A DNA stretch of 64,000 bases from Octopus bimaculoides (taxonomy: Eukaryota). A program made the position numbers and the translations under genes. The stretch is from assembly GCF_001194135.2 (NCBI RefSeq), contig NC_069001.1, forward strand, positions 27,351,046-27,415,045, read 5' to 3'. This document shows positions 14,459 to 29,026 of the stretch, in pieces. Numbering within the stretch: the first letter of the stretch is position 1; every line of letters starts with the position of its first letter. The notes below the pieces were generated by a model, which was not told the DNA's origin, did no database searches, and saw nothing but the letters and a program-made list of their open reading frames with translations.

Positions 14459-14900
14459 AGCCTGAGATTTATCTATCTGTCTGCCTCTCTTCCCTCTCTC
14501 TCTCACTATCTCTTTCATTGTGTGTCTCTGTGTGTATATATGCATAGATACATACACAAAGACATGCAGCTTTATGACTGTGTAAGTTTGTGGGTCGTTA
14601 AATGATTCCGTGCGCAAAAATATTGTTATAACAACGATATATATTTACATTTGATTCGCTAAATAACAGCAAGACTCGAACGCAAAGATAATAAAAATAA
14701 CAAGAGAATCAGCCTAAAATATATTGCATAAAGTGTAAAGATATGTTTAAAGCCTAAACATTTATCGATAGGAAAAATCTGTATATTAGTAATATAAATA
14801 TGATGGAGTAATTTTGTCACTGTTGGAATCAATTATAAAATTTAATACTTCTCATTATTAAGCAGTTACAGACAACAGTTAAACTCACACAAACGCATAC

Positions 14901-14953
<53 letters not shown>

Positions 14954-16129
14954 TACATATTTATATGTACACAGACACACACGCACACACACACATATAC
15001 GTTTATGAAATGTGTATGTATATTTGTACGTCTATGTATTTGTGTATTCGCATATGTGTGTGCGTGTGTATGTGTATATGTATGCATATATAAATATATG
15101 TACATGTATATAAGCTATATGCATATCGATGTGGTTGTGTGCTGAAATAATTTTCATGATATGTAAGTGACTTTTCAGATTAAGATAATACACTGATACC
15201 GAAAAAGTTCGTTCCTATCAGAGAGAAATATTGAGAGAGGATTATGAGTTATTTTGAATAGAACACACATTCGTATATGGACCCTTCAAGCGATACACTT
15301 CCTACCTAATATGCATGATACGCCCATTTTTTCTCCTCCCACATGCACACAGTTATCAACAGTAGTAAATGAAGTGTTGGTGTAAAAATAGCAGCATTAG
15401 CAAGGATAACAGAAGTTTAAGTGATTATATAAATACAAATAAATGCAAGCAAGAAACATTTATATAGACATAGACACATTCAAACGCACAGATACATAAG
15501 AGCGTCTGCACACACGCACGCACACAATATGTGAAAAAGAAGATTCACGAAATTATTTATCAACGCGATCGTTTCCATGCATGGTGCATCGGTGCCACGT
15601 GGGTAAAATGCTATACAAATAGGTGTGATGCATCGTTCAGTGTAGATGTGCTTCGTCAGATGATTTGTCAAAAGGTACCACGTTTTTTATTAATCTCCGT
15701 TTCTCGTCGTTGTGGTAGACTCGGACTCATGCAATGTGTGTGCGTGTGCATATGTATATACATATATATCTTCAAATTTCCAATTTTAGGGAATGGAGTA
15801 GATAAAATCTAGTCTACATATGTTCCCTAGCTAACAGTGCCACGGAAGTAGTAATTACCCAAATGAGCGGTACCCCGCTAGGTACTCATCAGGCCGAAGG
15901 TACCTTAGTCAAATGAAGGTTACATTGTCGTCAAGTGATCCCCTGTTAAATTGCAAACACACATATACGTGTAAACGAGCTTGAGCAGAACCACGCCTGA
16001 CTCTTCCAGAGTCTCCCTGCAAGTGGAAAGCTTTCAGGCAAATTGAAGGAAAGAATATGTCCCCTTCATAAAGGAGACGGATGTCAAAATCTACAGATTC
16101 CGAAAGAAAATTAATCACGATCCTTGAAG

Positions 16130-16510
16130 AAAATGACTTGCTAAGGACAAAAAAGATGAAGGCTGCATTTGCAACACTATGACTCGGTGTCGAGACAGCT
16201 GCTTAAACACTCAAATGGGGATGTTGTACATCTTGAGAGCAGGAAACCATTATGATCCTCTGGATGACATTTGCTCTGAGCTGTCCTGATTATGGCTCCT
16301 AACTATGGTCACTGTACAGTGTGGAATTAATATCGACCGAGGCTACACAGACCGGTGAGGAAAGCTCAATGCAGCAAGTTGTCTACGCAGGAAGACTTAA
16401 AAAGCTAAGAGTTTATATCCCAGAACGATGGTTAGTAAGTTATACTGGAATATAAATCTGGAAGAACCTAGAAAGGATTGTCCCTGAGAACGATATGAAT
16501 GATACCCGTG
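16130..16510 (+). mobile_element. Decayed CR1/L2-group LINE, ORF2 C-terminal fragment
   Basis: One frame reads ETIMILWMTFALSCPDYGS*LWSLY...VYAGRLKKLRVYIPERW..YTGI*IWKNLERIVP, homologous to the 13060-13230 segment. Confidence 0.75.
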
Positions 16511-17680
16511 TCTGTGAATCGATTAGTCACTTGCGCGTAAATTTCATGAGCAGGCTGTTTCGCCGATCGGAGCAAGTGGAATCCTCGTTGTTGCAACCAA
16601 CGGAATGCAGGCTGCTCATCTTTTGCTGTTGGAAATAAAGTAGAATAACTGCCGGACTGATGATGTTTATTGAGGCGGAGTCAAGCGTCCACGGTGTCCT
16701 CTTACCTCCAGACAATTTTTCTGTCAGTTTCCGTAATTGTCTTGTGAAGCTTGGAGCCCCATGATTCTTGAAATTATCTCCCCTTCTGATATGTAAGATT
16801 GTCCAAATTGCTATCTTGTGACATATCTTCTCGTGGCAGATATAATTCAAATAAATCTCGAATATACGCTATATAGTATGACATTTAACAGCATATTTCA
16901 TACTAAGTTACATTGCTACTTCTCTACACACTTGCATGTTTCTGTTTATGCGTGTGTATATGTAATATACACAAAATTATAGTTTATATATCACACATAC
17001 ACAAACAAATACACACACACACACACACACACACACAGAAGTACACACATACATATATGTAAACACATATATGCATATATGATCGAGTATTTCTCTGTGT
17101 ATGTGTATGGAGGTTAGTATATGTGTGGGTCTGTAGGTGGATTTTCAATTTTCTTGTTGCAAAACGAAGAGCTGAGGAGTTTACTGCTTACATCTACATC
17201 TGAACTATTTTCCACTAATAGTTACCGATTTAATCATTTTTATTGCCATGTCTATCTTTAGTGATTTCCTTAGAAAAATAATTTCAACATTCACTAAGAG
17301 ATAAATGCCCTCACGGTACTTATTCATCGTAGAACTTTCTAAAAGAATAACGGGTTGTAATTTTCCAGTTTAGTGATGACACTATAGTAACATTCCACAA
17401 AACGCTTTCATTGCTTCAGATTATCTCTTCCAGAAATAGAGAAATTGAGAGAGATAATGAGTTGGGAGTAAAGAGAACAAGATTTGATGGTGTGGCGTTA
17501 AAAGTGGGAGGGAAGTAAAAGTGAAGGGTAGAAGGTAGGTAGGGATATATATTTGTGTTTAAATTAGTGTTCAACTTGATAAATATAATGTCTGACACGG
17601 TTTACTTGAGGCTCATAAACATTTATTGTCGACCTGAAGACGTCCATTCGTTAAAATCTTTGTCTAGCTGTAAATCGTCA

Positions 17681-17722
<42 letters not shown>

Positions 17723-17875
17723 CCACTCTTTTTCTCTCTTTCTGCTTATTGTTGTATACACATGTGTGTGTGTGTNNNNNNNNNNNNNNNNNNNNNNNNN
17801 NNNNNNNNNNNNNNNNNNNNNNNNNNNNNNNNNNNNNNNNNNNNNNNNNNNNNNNNNNNNNNNNNNNNNNNNNNN

Positions 17876-17914
<39 letters not shown>

Positions 17915-18670
17915 ATGTTGTATGTCTACTCCTGTAAGTATAGATACGAGATTCAAACGTTTAAGAGGTTTCACACAAATAAACGTTTATTAAAATACAA
18001 ACAGAAAAATGCTTTGAGAAATTTATCATAGATAAACGTAAGAAATAATTTTACATGTTTATCAAAATATGCAACAGTTTTTAATCGCTTTGAAAAGATT
18101 ATTTGGTCATCCTGTTCTATAAACAGAAATAAATTTGAATAAATTAAATTAATCTTTCAAGATATGTTGCGGTTGTTGACATAGTTTCTTTCTTTCTTTC
18201 CTTTTTTTTTACGAAAATCATATGGCACTCGTATTTCGCTTCTTAGCACATGCATACATATATATAAATGTACACACACACATACACACACACACACACA
18301 TCCACTCACACACAAACACATACACGTACATGTACATGTACACGCAAACACCCCCCGCCACACAGAAACATACACACAAACACACGCACACACAGAAACA
18401 CACACGTGCTTGCAGCTATAGTGTACTATAAAATATTATTACATGTGCATAAGCCAATACTGTGCATTGCAGTGATCGTAAAGAAAACACTTATACAACG
18501 TTTGCTTGTACAGAAAGTGAGAAAACCGTTTTAGGCTCATTGCAATGCTGATCAGAATCTACGTCAAAAAGCCTCCATCCGCGAACACACAGCTTATAAT
18601 CTGTTAAATAAGGCTAGCTGCAGAATCGTCATCCGTTTAGGGTTGATAAAATAAGCAGCAGTAGAGCACT

Positions 18671-19052
18671 GTTGTTGGCACTCCGTCGCTTACGACGTCG
18701 AGGGTTCCAGTTGATCCGATCAACGGAACAGCCTGCTCGTGAAATTAACGTGCAAGTGACTGAGCACTCCACAGACACGTGTACTCTTAACGTAGTTATT
18801 GGGGATATTCAGCGTGACACAGTGTGACAAGGCTGACCCTATGAATTACAGGCACAACAGAAACAGGAAGTAAGAGTGAGAGAAAGTTGTGGTGAAAGAG
18901 TACAGCAGGGTTTGCCACCATCCACTGCCGGAGCCTCGTGGGGCTTTAGGTGTTTTCGCTCAATAAACACTCACAACGCCCGGTCTGGGAATCGAAACCG
19001 CGATCCTATGACCACGAGTCGCTGCCCTAACCACTGGGCCATTTCGCTTCCA
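18671..19052 (-). mobile_element. SINE family B, full length, with 12-bp target-site duplication
   Basis: High identity to other B copies. CAGTAGAGCACT occurs at 18659-18670 and again at 19053-19064. Confidence 0.95.
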
Positions 19053-20364
19053 CAGTAGAGCACTAGAGTCGAAATTGCTGGCCTTATCTCAAAATTTGAG
19101 ATCGATTTTAGTATTGAATAAGGCGGTCAGCTGGCAAAATCGTTAGCTTTACGGCATTTCGTCCGTCTCTAAGTTCTGAGTTCAAATTCCGCTGAAGTTG
19201 ATTTTGCCTTTCGTTCTTTCAGGATTGATGAAAATAAGTACTAATTGAGTACTGGGGTCGATGCAATCGACTTATTTCCTGTTCTGAAATTGCTGGCGTT
19301 GTGCTAGAATTTGAAATCAATATTGGAATTAAACTTGATAGACTAACATGCTTGTTAACAGTTGTATTAACGCAGAGTATTGGCTGTTAAATCCGTTGAT
19401 ATGGATTATGTTACGTTACATTAATGACTTATCCATGCATTACATATCGATGCATTTGTAACAAAGCAAAAACCCATTATTATTGTTGTTGTTAGACATG
19501 TTGTTTAGAAACACGTCAATCTCATGCGTTACACATTGGAATTAGGAGTGTCGGAGCCGTGCATAAACTGTTCCTTGTTAGGAAATATATATTTTGCAAA
19601 ATAAATATCCTACTGATTAATAGAGTGTAAATGTGGAAAGATGTATTGAAGGTTGGAGCACATATTCTCCTTCTCCCTATTTCTCCCCCTCTCTCCGCCC
19701 CCTCCATCTCTCTCGGAAAGAGATGCGCATACAAATGCAAAAACATGAACAAGCATGTGTGGATATATACGTACCTATTAACATACCTTGATATAGCTAA
19801 GAAATGCATTTCCATATATCCAACTTTGAACATAGTCATCTGTAAGTTAATGAAATTGTTTTCTCTAATGATCCGTTAGGTTAAATATCTAAATGCACGT
19901 TGAACGACTTTGTAGGGCCCCGAACAACTATAATGGGAAAATGTGCGTAGGAACTAAAATATGAACAATATAAATTGTATGATGCCTCCTGTACTCATAC
20001 ATATCTATCTATCTATCTATCTATCTGCCTATCTATCTATCTATCTATCTATCTATCTGCCTATCTATCTATCTATCTATCTTTCTATCTATCTATCTGT
20101 CTGTCTATCTATCTATCTCCCACATCTCTCTATATATATGTATACTGATGGCAGACAGTGAGAATGAGTACGTAACACAACATTACGGGATAGTTATTTT
20201 TTATTTGTTGAATAACGAGTCAACCAAATGTTTCCTGTCAAGAAATCTTCACAGGGAAGTGTTGGGAAGCTTGAATAATTGTGAAGATCTCTTCACACTA
20301 AACTATTGATTGCCTTCTTATCCCACACATACTTATGTGTATGTGTGTGTGTGTATTTGTGTAA

Positions 20365-20406
<42 letters not shown>

Positions 20407-20821
20407 GTATACATGTAGTAATATTCTCCTGCATGCACTTATGTAATATATGTAGCTTATGTCTAAAAAGTGTAGCCTAAGAGGTAACGTAGAGACCTCT
20501 GATCCTGTAAAACTTTCTCCCAAGAATTTCAGTTGGGACATCTCGTATTTAAGTTATTTTTTGTTCAATATTATCTAATGCTTTCTTAGGTATCAAAGAT
20601 TTTCATGTTTTAATAGAGCTACCAATATCCATATTTTCCTGAAGCAGATCTCTATTTACAGACGTAATGAAGCTAAATGTAACAACGTTTTCCTTTCGCT
20701 AAAGCTAATAATATTATCACTGCAAGCGGCATTTACAGACACACACACACAGACATACATGTATATATGATTATATGTGTGTGTATGCGCGAGTGCGTGC
20801 GTGTATGTATCTGTGTGTGTT

Positions 20822-20882
<61 letters not shown>

Positions 20883-22328
20883 GTGTCACCTGTCGTTCTG
20901 TCTGGCATCGAAGCCTCTACCTCATCATGATGCATACTGCACCGTTGTGAAATCGTTTCAAGAAAAAACGGAAGGGAAGAGGCAGATAAACGATGAAAAC
21001 AGAAAAAAAAAATATGTATACAAGTAAACAAAAGAGAGACGTAAATATATAAAAGAAAGAACATAAATAAAGACGCAATGAAAGAAAGTAACAAGAACAC
21101 AAAAGAAATAAATTAAGATGGAAAGGAAAAATAAGCGAAGACAGAATGAAAATCAGTTGGACTTGCAGATATGAATGGTAAACCAAACAAAGATCGTAAG
21201 ATTGTATAAAATGGTGAAAAGCAGGAATCATAAGAGAATGTATTCTGAAATTACATCTGTCACTATGTATTTCAAAGTAATTTATCAAGTTAATTTCTGA
21301 GTTTGTCGTTATGGCATTCCCTTTATCATCGTAAATGCAGGGCAGATATAAAATCAATAAATTCTAATTAATATACTGGATAAGTGGATATGTGGTGACA
21401 TACATGCACATGTACACCCGTATCAAACTATAAATACATGATATAGCAATCTTTCTCTTTCTATCGTTACCTATTTCTCACTCTGTGTGTCTGACTGTCT
21501 GTTTGTCTGTCTGTCTCTACCTCTCACACACATACACACACGCATACATACACACACGTATGCCTATCTATGCAAACATGGACGTATGTATACATACGTA
21601 GTGAATCAGCACGCAAAAGCACATTCACCTGCACAAACGAATATCCATTCAACTGTTTATCTATCTATTTAATATATCTATATATCTATCTATCTATCTA
21701 TCTATCTATGGCTACATACATTGATAAATATATAGATTGATTCAAAGATAGATATAAAAGTGTGCTTACATGTATGACTAACCACAACCTCTCTCATATA
21801 TAAATATATGTATATGTATATACAAACACACACACATATGCATTAATATATATCCTTGTGTGTGTATGTTTACTTAATATTTATGTAAGTGATTGTTTCT
21901 TTAAACTAAGAATGAATTATAACACAGGATCTTCGCAGAATGAATTTGATCTATACATTACTCACTTTATTCAGTGATGATAAACATACAGTTTCGGAAC
22001 TCTTGAACTACATTTGTCTCTCTGATACACTGCAAGAACTTGGAGATAAGCCAATAGATTGTTTTAACGTATTCTGTTGACTTAGAAATACTCAGGCATA
22101 TTTCGTACTACTCGAATGTCTGAAAGCCAAACAGTTTTATGGATAATGTAAAAAGATATTTCAACACAAGTAAAGATACAATGATCATTTGTGGGATGAT
22201 GTCTTTAATTATATCATCGAGATCATATTGTATAGTCTTCTAATTAACTAAAAAATCATAAATGTCAAAAATCGATTATCTTTGCATTCTGAGTTTTGTT
22301 AATGCTATTTTTACTGAGCCAACTCCTT

Positions 22329-22602
22329 CTGTTATTGAAATATGTTACATATTTAATGATTAATCAATCAACAAGTATTCATTTTAAATATGAATATATT
22401 AATTTACGTTAGATGATACTGTAATAAAATATCAATTTGATTTTGTAACATTCATGCATTTCCAACTAAAAATACTATTCACAAAGAAAGTTTACAGTAT
22501 CTTCTAACATAAATTAATATATTCATATTTAAAATGAAAACTTGCTGATTGATTAATAATTAAATATGTAACATTAAATATGTAATCATTAAATATGTAA
22601 CA
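22329..22602. mobile_element. AT-rich foldback element / MITE-like inverted repeat
   Basis: Arms of about 85 bp (about 22341-22424 and 22492-22574) are near-perfect reverse complements. Outer termini are CTGTTA...TAACAG. Confidence 0.75.
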
Positions 22603-24125
22603 GTACCTTCGGCAAGTGTTTGTGGCAATTTTTGAAAACGTGTAGAGTAACTGTTATTTTCCTGTGTGACCCACTACTAGGGAATTAAAAAAGAAAAAGA
22701 AAAAAAAAAAAAGGAAAAATACTAGAAGAGGTACTTCATCTATTGCGTTTTAGTTATCTCAGTCAGTGGACTGCGAACGAGGAGGGACATTTAGTTGGAC
22801 GATTTAGTTGAACAAATTAACGCTGAGACTTGTCTTTGTTTAGACCGCTATTCTACTGGATCTGCCCACGAATTGCTGTGTCACGGAGAAAACGCTTGCC
22901 GAAGGTACTGCATAGTGGGATCAAACGTATAACACCTGCTAGCTATACAAAAGTGAAAGGAGATTTGTGTTACAGATAATAGTTGTATAAATTATAATAA
23001 CAGACTTTGTTTGAAATTGTAATGCATTTTGGTCGATAGGTAGTTTACAGTCTTGGCTTCCAATGCCGTCTTGGAAGAATCAACATATTGGAAGCTTATG
23101 GTCTTCTCCATTACATTTTATTTCAGAAGGAACTACTTTCGATCCCTATAATATAAAGCCGAAAACATAAACAATTTGACGATGGAACATCTGAGGTGAT
23201 CCTATGTCTGCACTGTACACGGGAAAAATGAGGCTTGTTCATTAGATTTAATTTGCTCGATGATGTTTCAGCTTTATTCCTCAAAAGAAAACAAAAAGAA
23301 AAAACAACAAAAAAGAAGGATAGAAGGATGTTATGTCTGAACGTTACTGCTATCTAGCACCTTCGGATGATCTCTACTCAACCACTACACAACTGCTACT
23401 CGACTGCTACTCAACGCTACCACGGCCAGACTACCTCTATTTATATGTTTTAGGAGATTCCTACTTCTTCGTCTGGGGGCGTCGACACAACAAAGAGATG
23501 TTTCATATTATTGAGTTATCACTGTGGTAAAATCTAAGCGAGATCAGATCACAATGCATATTTGATTCCGAGTTAATAGGTATCCCTTAAATTAATTATT
23601 GATACCTAGCATTTCCGGTCGTTTGCTAATAGAAGGAAGATATAATATTCCAACAGGCAAGCCTGTCGATAATAAACTATTGAACAATGATGCGATGTTT
23701 AAAGGTTTCAAACTATTCATTAAATCGTATGATGCCTTTTCATAACATAGCTCATCTACCATAGATGCCAGAATTCAATATAAGAACAAGGATCATTGTG
23801 TAATTAATGAAAGAACGGTTGCTGTGCAATTCTGAGAGCAACTACTTGAGAAAGCACCAAGTAACACATAATCTCTGCACTTCTCTATAAATTTCCGTAG
23901 ACTTTCCGTCTGCAGTCTGAATAGAAATTATTGTCAAGAAGTACTTGATATTATTTCCTCAAACAGTAGATCAATTACTAATCAATAATTTGATCTTCTT
24001 TTATAAAACCGTAATTGTATGTTCATGATTTCATGATTTGTAAGCTGATAATTAATTAGCACAGTGCTGTATATATATATATATATATATTTGTATGTGT
24101 AACGTAACAGTTTAGAACATGTGTG

Positions 24126-24244
<119 letters not shown>

Positions 24245-26335
24245 TAATGTATCCTATGTGTGTATGCATGTATTATGTACGTATAATTATAAACGAAAAC
24301 GTAAATGTATATTAAAGCAGAAACTGTCTGATACAAGATATAAATCCTTCACAAGTCTTATATAGGTTATCAGTTTCTCGTATATAATTTTCTTGAAGAC
24401 AGTAAATAAAGTATTTTTTAACAAAAAAAAAAAAATGAAATTTAAAAAAATTATCTGAATGCAAATTTTATTTATTCCAATAATCATGCCTGCAAATCAC
24501 AATGGTATAATCAGTAAAATTGTTCTTTAATTCAAATTCTTGCATATTTTCTAAGTGCTTCATATGTCCAACGGCAAAGAATACATAATCAGTATTTAGG
24601 TTTTGACAAAACTTAGTACACAATCCGACGAAACTGCGTCATCTTGTCAATAATATTATTAATTAATTTAGATCACGCAATGTTAAATATATACTGCTGA
24701 CCTATTAGACATCTGTTACTTCAAAGACTAATACAATCTTTCAAACGCCTGAAAAACTACTGCACTGCAAATTGTCTCTGGGTGTTTTTCTGGTTACAAA
24801 TGCGACAGAAGTAAATTTTACTTTTAACTCTTTCGGGCTCAGGACGAAATGATGAAATAGCTGTCAAAATTAGGACAAACATTTTTACTATACCTTGTAC
24901 TTGCTTTCACTGTTTTAAGTTCAGCTTTGAAGGTGGCTTCTGCACAATGCTAAAGAATTAAAATACATTTTATCTTCGTTTTCAGATAAGTATAGTTACA
25001 CTTTCTCGATGATGTTGCATCATCGAGACAGTGAAATTGGACGCTGATTCGAACCTATCAGTGAAGATATACAACACTCTGATGATGACCAATCTGTCAA
25101 AGCGAATGACTGCAAACTATAGTATATTTTGTTTTGCATTTTATCTCAGCATATTGCAAAATATAAGAACTACAGAGGACCAACAGAGAATATAGTATTC
25201 ATTATCTTATTACCAGGGATTTTTTGATGGCGTGTGTTGTTCTGGTTGTTATAGTGTTGCTATTTCAGCACTTCTTTCTTTATGCATGAGATCATTCAAT
25301 AGTATTCTGTACTAATAAAACTAAATAACATTGACTTTCTCAGCCACCGACGATAGTTTTATTTAAGCGTCAAGGGAATTTTGTTATTGCAAATGTTTCA
25401 CACCTTTTTGTATCATGTATGTTGCTGTTAACAAACAGTAAGCAGCGGAAGCATAATACAATTGACGAGATGTTTGAAATGAATTGCAAATATACAATTT
25501 CAACAGTTGGTGCTCGATCCAGTTATATATGTAACAATCATCATTCCATTCTAACGCTCTGGTGGGTAGTGAAAGTAAATATTCCATATTACACAATAGC
25601 TTATTACATAAAACACATTCTGGTGTTATTTTCCAACACAGAAATATTATTATAGATTCGACAAAATAGTGAATATTAACGCTAAATGAATTTAGTAATG
25701 GACAAGCGCTAGTGAGAGCTTGTATGGGAATACATTAGGTTAGATAACACATGTTAAGAAACCATTAATGGATATATCATATAACTTCAAAGATATATTG
25801 AAATCAGAATTACAGTGATACAATGACGGTGGAGAATGCTTCAATAAAACGAATTTGTATTATAGTCAGATGACAGAATAAGAAGTATGTATAGGATTAA
25901 ATATTATGTAGTATATAGTTTGGTCCCTCCAACTTCTGATTTCAAACGCCACCAGAGCCAACTTAGCCTTTCATCAATCTGCGGTTCATAAAGTAAGTAC
26001 AAATAATACACAGAGATCAATTAAACTGATTATACCTTCACATGCAATAATTGTCCTTCGACTAGTCAAGGGAAATCAAATTTCGAATTAGATAATTATA
26101 TAAATAGAATTATACATATATTTACTACCGTCGATATGTTACAACTAAATGAGATACAAGCTTTAATGAGATTTCATGACGCACTTACGTCCGTTCCTTA
26201 AATAGTTAAATAGGATTAACTCATATGGTACATAATGTGTCACATAATTGTCTTTATGTACGTACGTTTCTATCTATCTATCTATCTATCTATAATCTCT
26301 ATCTCCCTTTCTCTCTCTCTCTCTCTCTCTCCCTC

Positions 26336-26382
<47 letters not shown>

Positions 26383-26849
26383 GCACACAAACATATACAT
26401 ATACGCATCTATACATATTTATTTATTCAAATATATAAATGTGTATGTATATATATTCATATACATACATATGTATACCTACCACGTCTCTTTGCCTGAA
26501 AATGGGAATGAATTGACTTTAGAGTGGATTACACATTTTCTCAATAATGTATATACATATAGATATGCATACATACACAAAAGCGCACATATATGCATGT
26601 ACGTTCGTATGTTTGTATGTTCTGTATTAACATATGAGCATATATAAATGAAAATATATGCATCCATGCATACACGACCACACACAAGGATCTGTAGGTT
26701 TGTATGAATATAATTATATACACAGACAACGTACGAGCGCGCGCGTGCACACACACTCACGCACACGCAAACACACACACATACCCACTCATATGTATAT
26801 TTATACATGGCAGTTGGCTCTTCTTTACAAAAGATGGTTATCTCTTTAG

Positions 26850-27125
26850 TTGTAATGCCATCATGTAGTAAGTTCTCGGATTGCTAGTCGTATGAGATCT
26901 CGAGGGCAGACACACTCTCTCGTAGATATCGCGAACATTGTGAAGCAGAAAAGTTTTTGGGATTTAGAGCAAGTCCTGTTTACGAAGTACTTCTTGATAT
27001 AGGTCGTCTTCCTCTTTCCTCTTCTGATACTTCTTTTCGTTGGTTTCCAGAACACTAGCTTGTTAACAATTTCGTTGGTGTATCTGATGTAGTGTCCAGC
27101 TATCCTCATTCTTCTATGCTCTATC
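26850..27125 (-). mobile_element. Decayed RTE-like LINE, ORF2 C-terminal fragment
   Basis: The ORF reads MRIAGHYIRYTNEIVNKLVFWKPTKRSIRRGKRKTTYIK, matching the RTE-type R.R.AGH..R...L.W.P....RGRP..TY signature. Confidence 0.75.
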
Positions 27126-27159
27126 TTCAGTGTTACTTTTGGTAGTCACTGGTATAAAT

Positions 27160-27292
27160 CGGCGTTCAAACAATTGCAACTAAATCAAAATGGATTCAGA
27201 TCAGGAGGGTAAATAACATCTCACATTGTCGCACTTAGAAGACTGATAGAGTGAGTTAAGAAGACCCATAGCAGAAAGGCTATCATTATCTA
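27160..27292 (+). mobile_element. Decayed RTE-like LINE, RT-domain fragment
   Basis: Reads QLQLNQNGFRSGG*ITSHIVALRRLIE*VKK, matching the Q.GFR..RST..I..LR.IIE RT motif. Confidence 0.7.
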
Positions 27293-28257
27293 GGTCAACA
27301 ATTTCGGGGAGGAGGTAAGTCGATTACATCGACCCCAGTTTTCAACTGGTACTTATTTTATCGACCATGAAATGATGGAATTCAGATACGAAGTCGGCGT
27401 CCTAATAATTTTGCTGGTTCGGTGTTTTGATAGAAAGAATTATGGATTCAAATCTTGACAGAGGGTCAGGAATATTAGGGGAGGGAGAAGTTGATTGCAT
27501 CGACCCCAGTGTGCAAAAAGTACTTTTTAACAACACCGAATCGATGAAAGGCGAAGACGACTTCGGCAGAATTTGAACTCAGAAGAAAAAGACGGACGAA
27601 ATGCTGCTAAAATTTTTGTTCGTCCTGCTAATCATTTTGTCAGCTGGCCGCCTTGATAATGATAGTAATAATAATGGCAGCTTATGTATATACATATGTG
27701 TGTGTGTGTATGTACGCGCGTGCGTGTGTGTGTATGTACGCGCGTGCGTGTGTGTGTTTGTATGAATATACATATGGATATGTTTGTGTGTGTGAGTATA
27801 TAAATACACCAATGCAACTTATTTTCAGTCACACACATACATACACACACATATATATGAGTCCGCATGTCATTCTGTCACTCTGTCTGTATGTATGTAT
27901 GTATGTATGTATGTATGTATGTGTGTGTGTGTGTGTATGAGTGTGTGTATGTGCGTATGCATGTATGCAAGTATGTATGTATACAAGGAAGTAGGTGAGT
28001 ATTTTTTAGCAAGGAATAGACCACGAAAGACGAATTTTCGCTAGAACTGTTTGTAAAGCTATGAGACAGTAAATAAATATTTACTCACAAGAGAATTTTA
28101 TCAAAACACCAACTGATAATTGTTTCTAAATGTTTGTTTAAACCATTTGTGAGCCACACTTCAATGAATATGAATTAGAATGCTTTTTGGTATACTGTTA
28201 TGTATCATATATTATTGCACCAATATATACACATATATGCCCATATATAAATAGATA

Positions 28258-28312
<55 letters not shown>

Positions 28313-28356
28313 GTACATGCATATCCGTATACATATATACATATACACATATATGC

Positions 28357-28426
<70 letters not shown>

Positions 28427-28992
28427 GCGTGTATGTATGCATATATATATATATATGCTCGTGGGTATAAGATTTATAATGTGTATTGAAACATAGAACG
28501 TCTCTCGCTTTGTTTTGATCTTTTTTTTGTCTCATAGAATCTTGCCAATGAGTGTTTTATGTTTTAACAGGTTTTCGCTCACTTACTGATGGATCGTGAT
28601 AGAATTTCAAGCAATAAAATTCTAGTATAGCTAGTTTTTGTTCAGTACACTAACTGTTTTGTTTAACGATTTCTGCATCAGAAGAAACACTTATCGGCTA
28701 AATTCAGTGTGTCCCAGATATTTCTGACTGAGGAGATTCAATCAGGTCGGAGCATTGTGTATTGCGCTACATTGACGTTTTAAGCAAAGCACTGTGTTTT
28801 GAGACCAAAGTCACGTTGTGAACTACTTTGTATACGCATTATACACGTTATAAACTTATTATTTTAATGTCTGCTTCAAATGTGTATATTAATACACACA
28901 CACACGCACATGCACATACATGTACGAAAAAAAAAACAGACGCACGCACACACATGTCTATCTGTATATAGGCATGTATGTATATGTGTATG

Positions 28993-29026
<34 letters not shown>

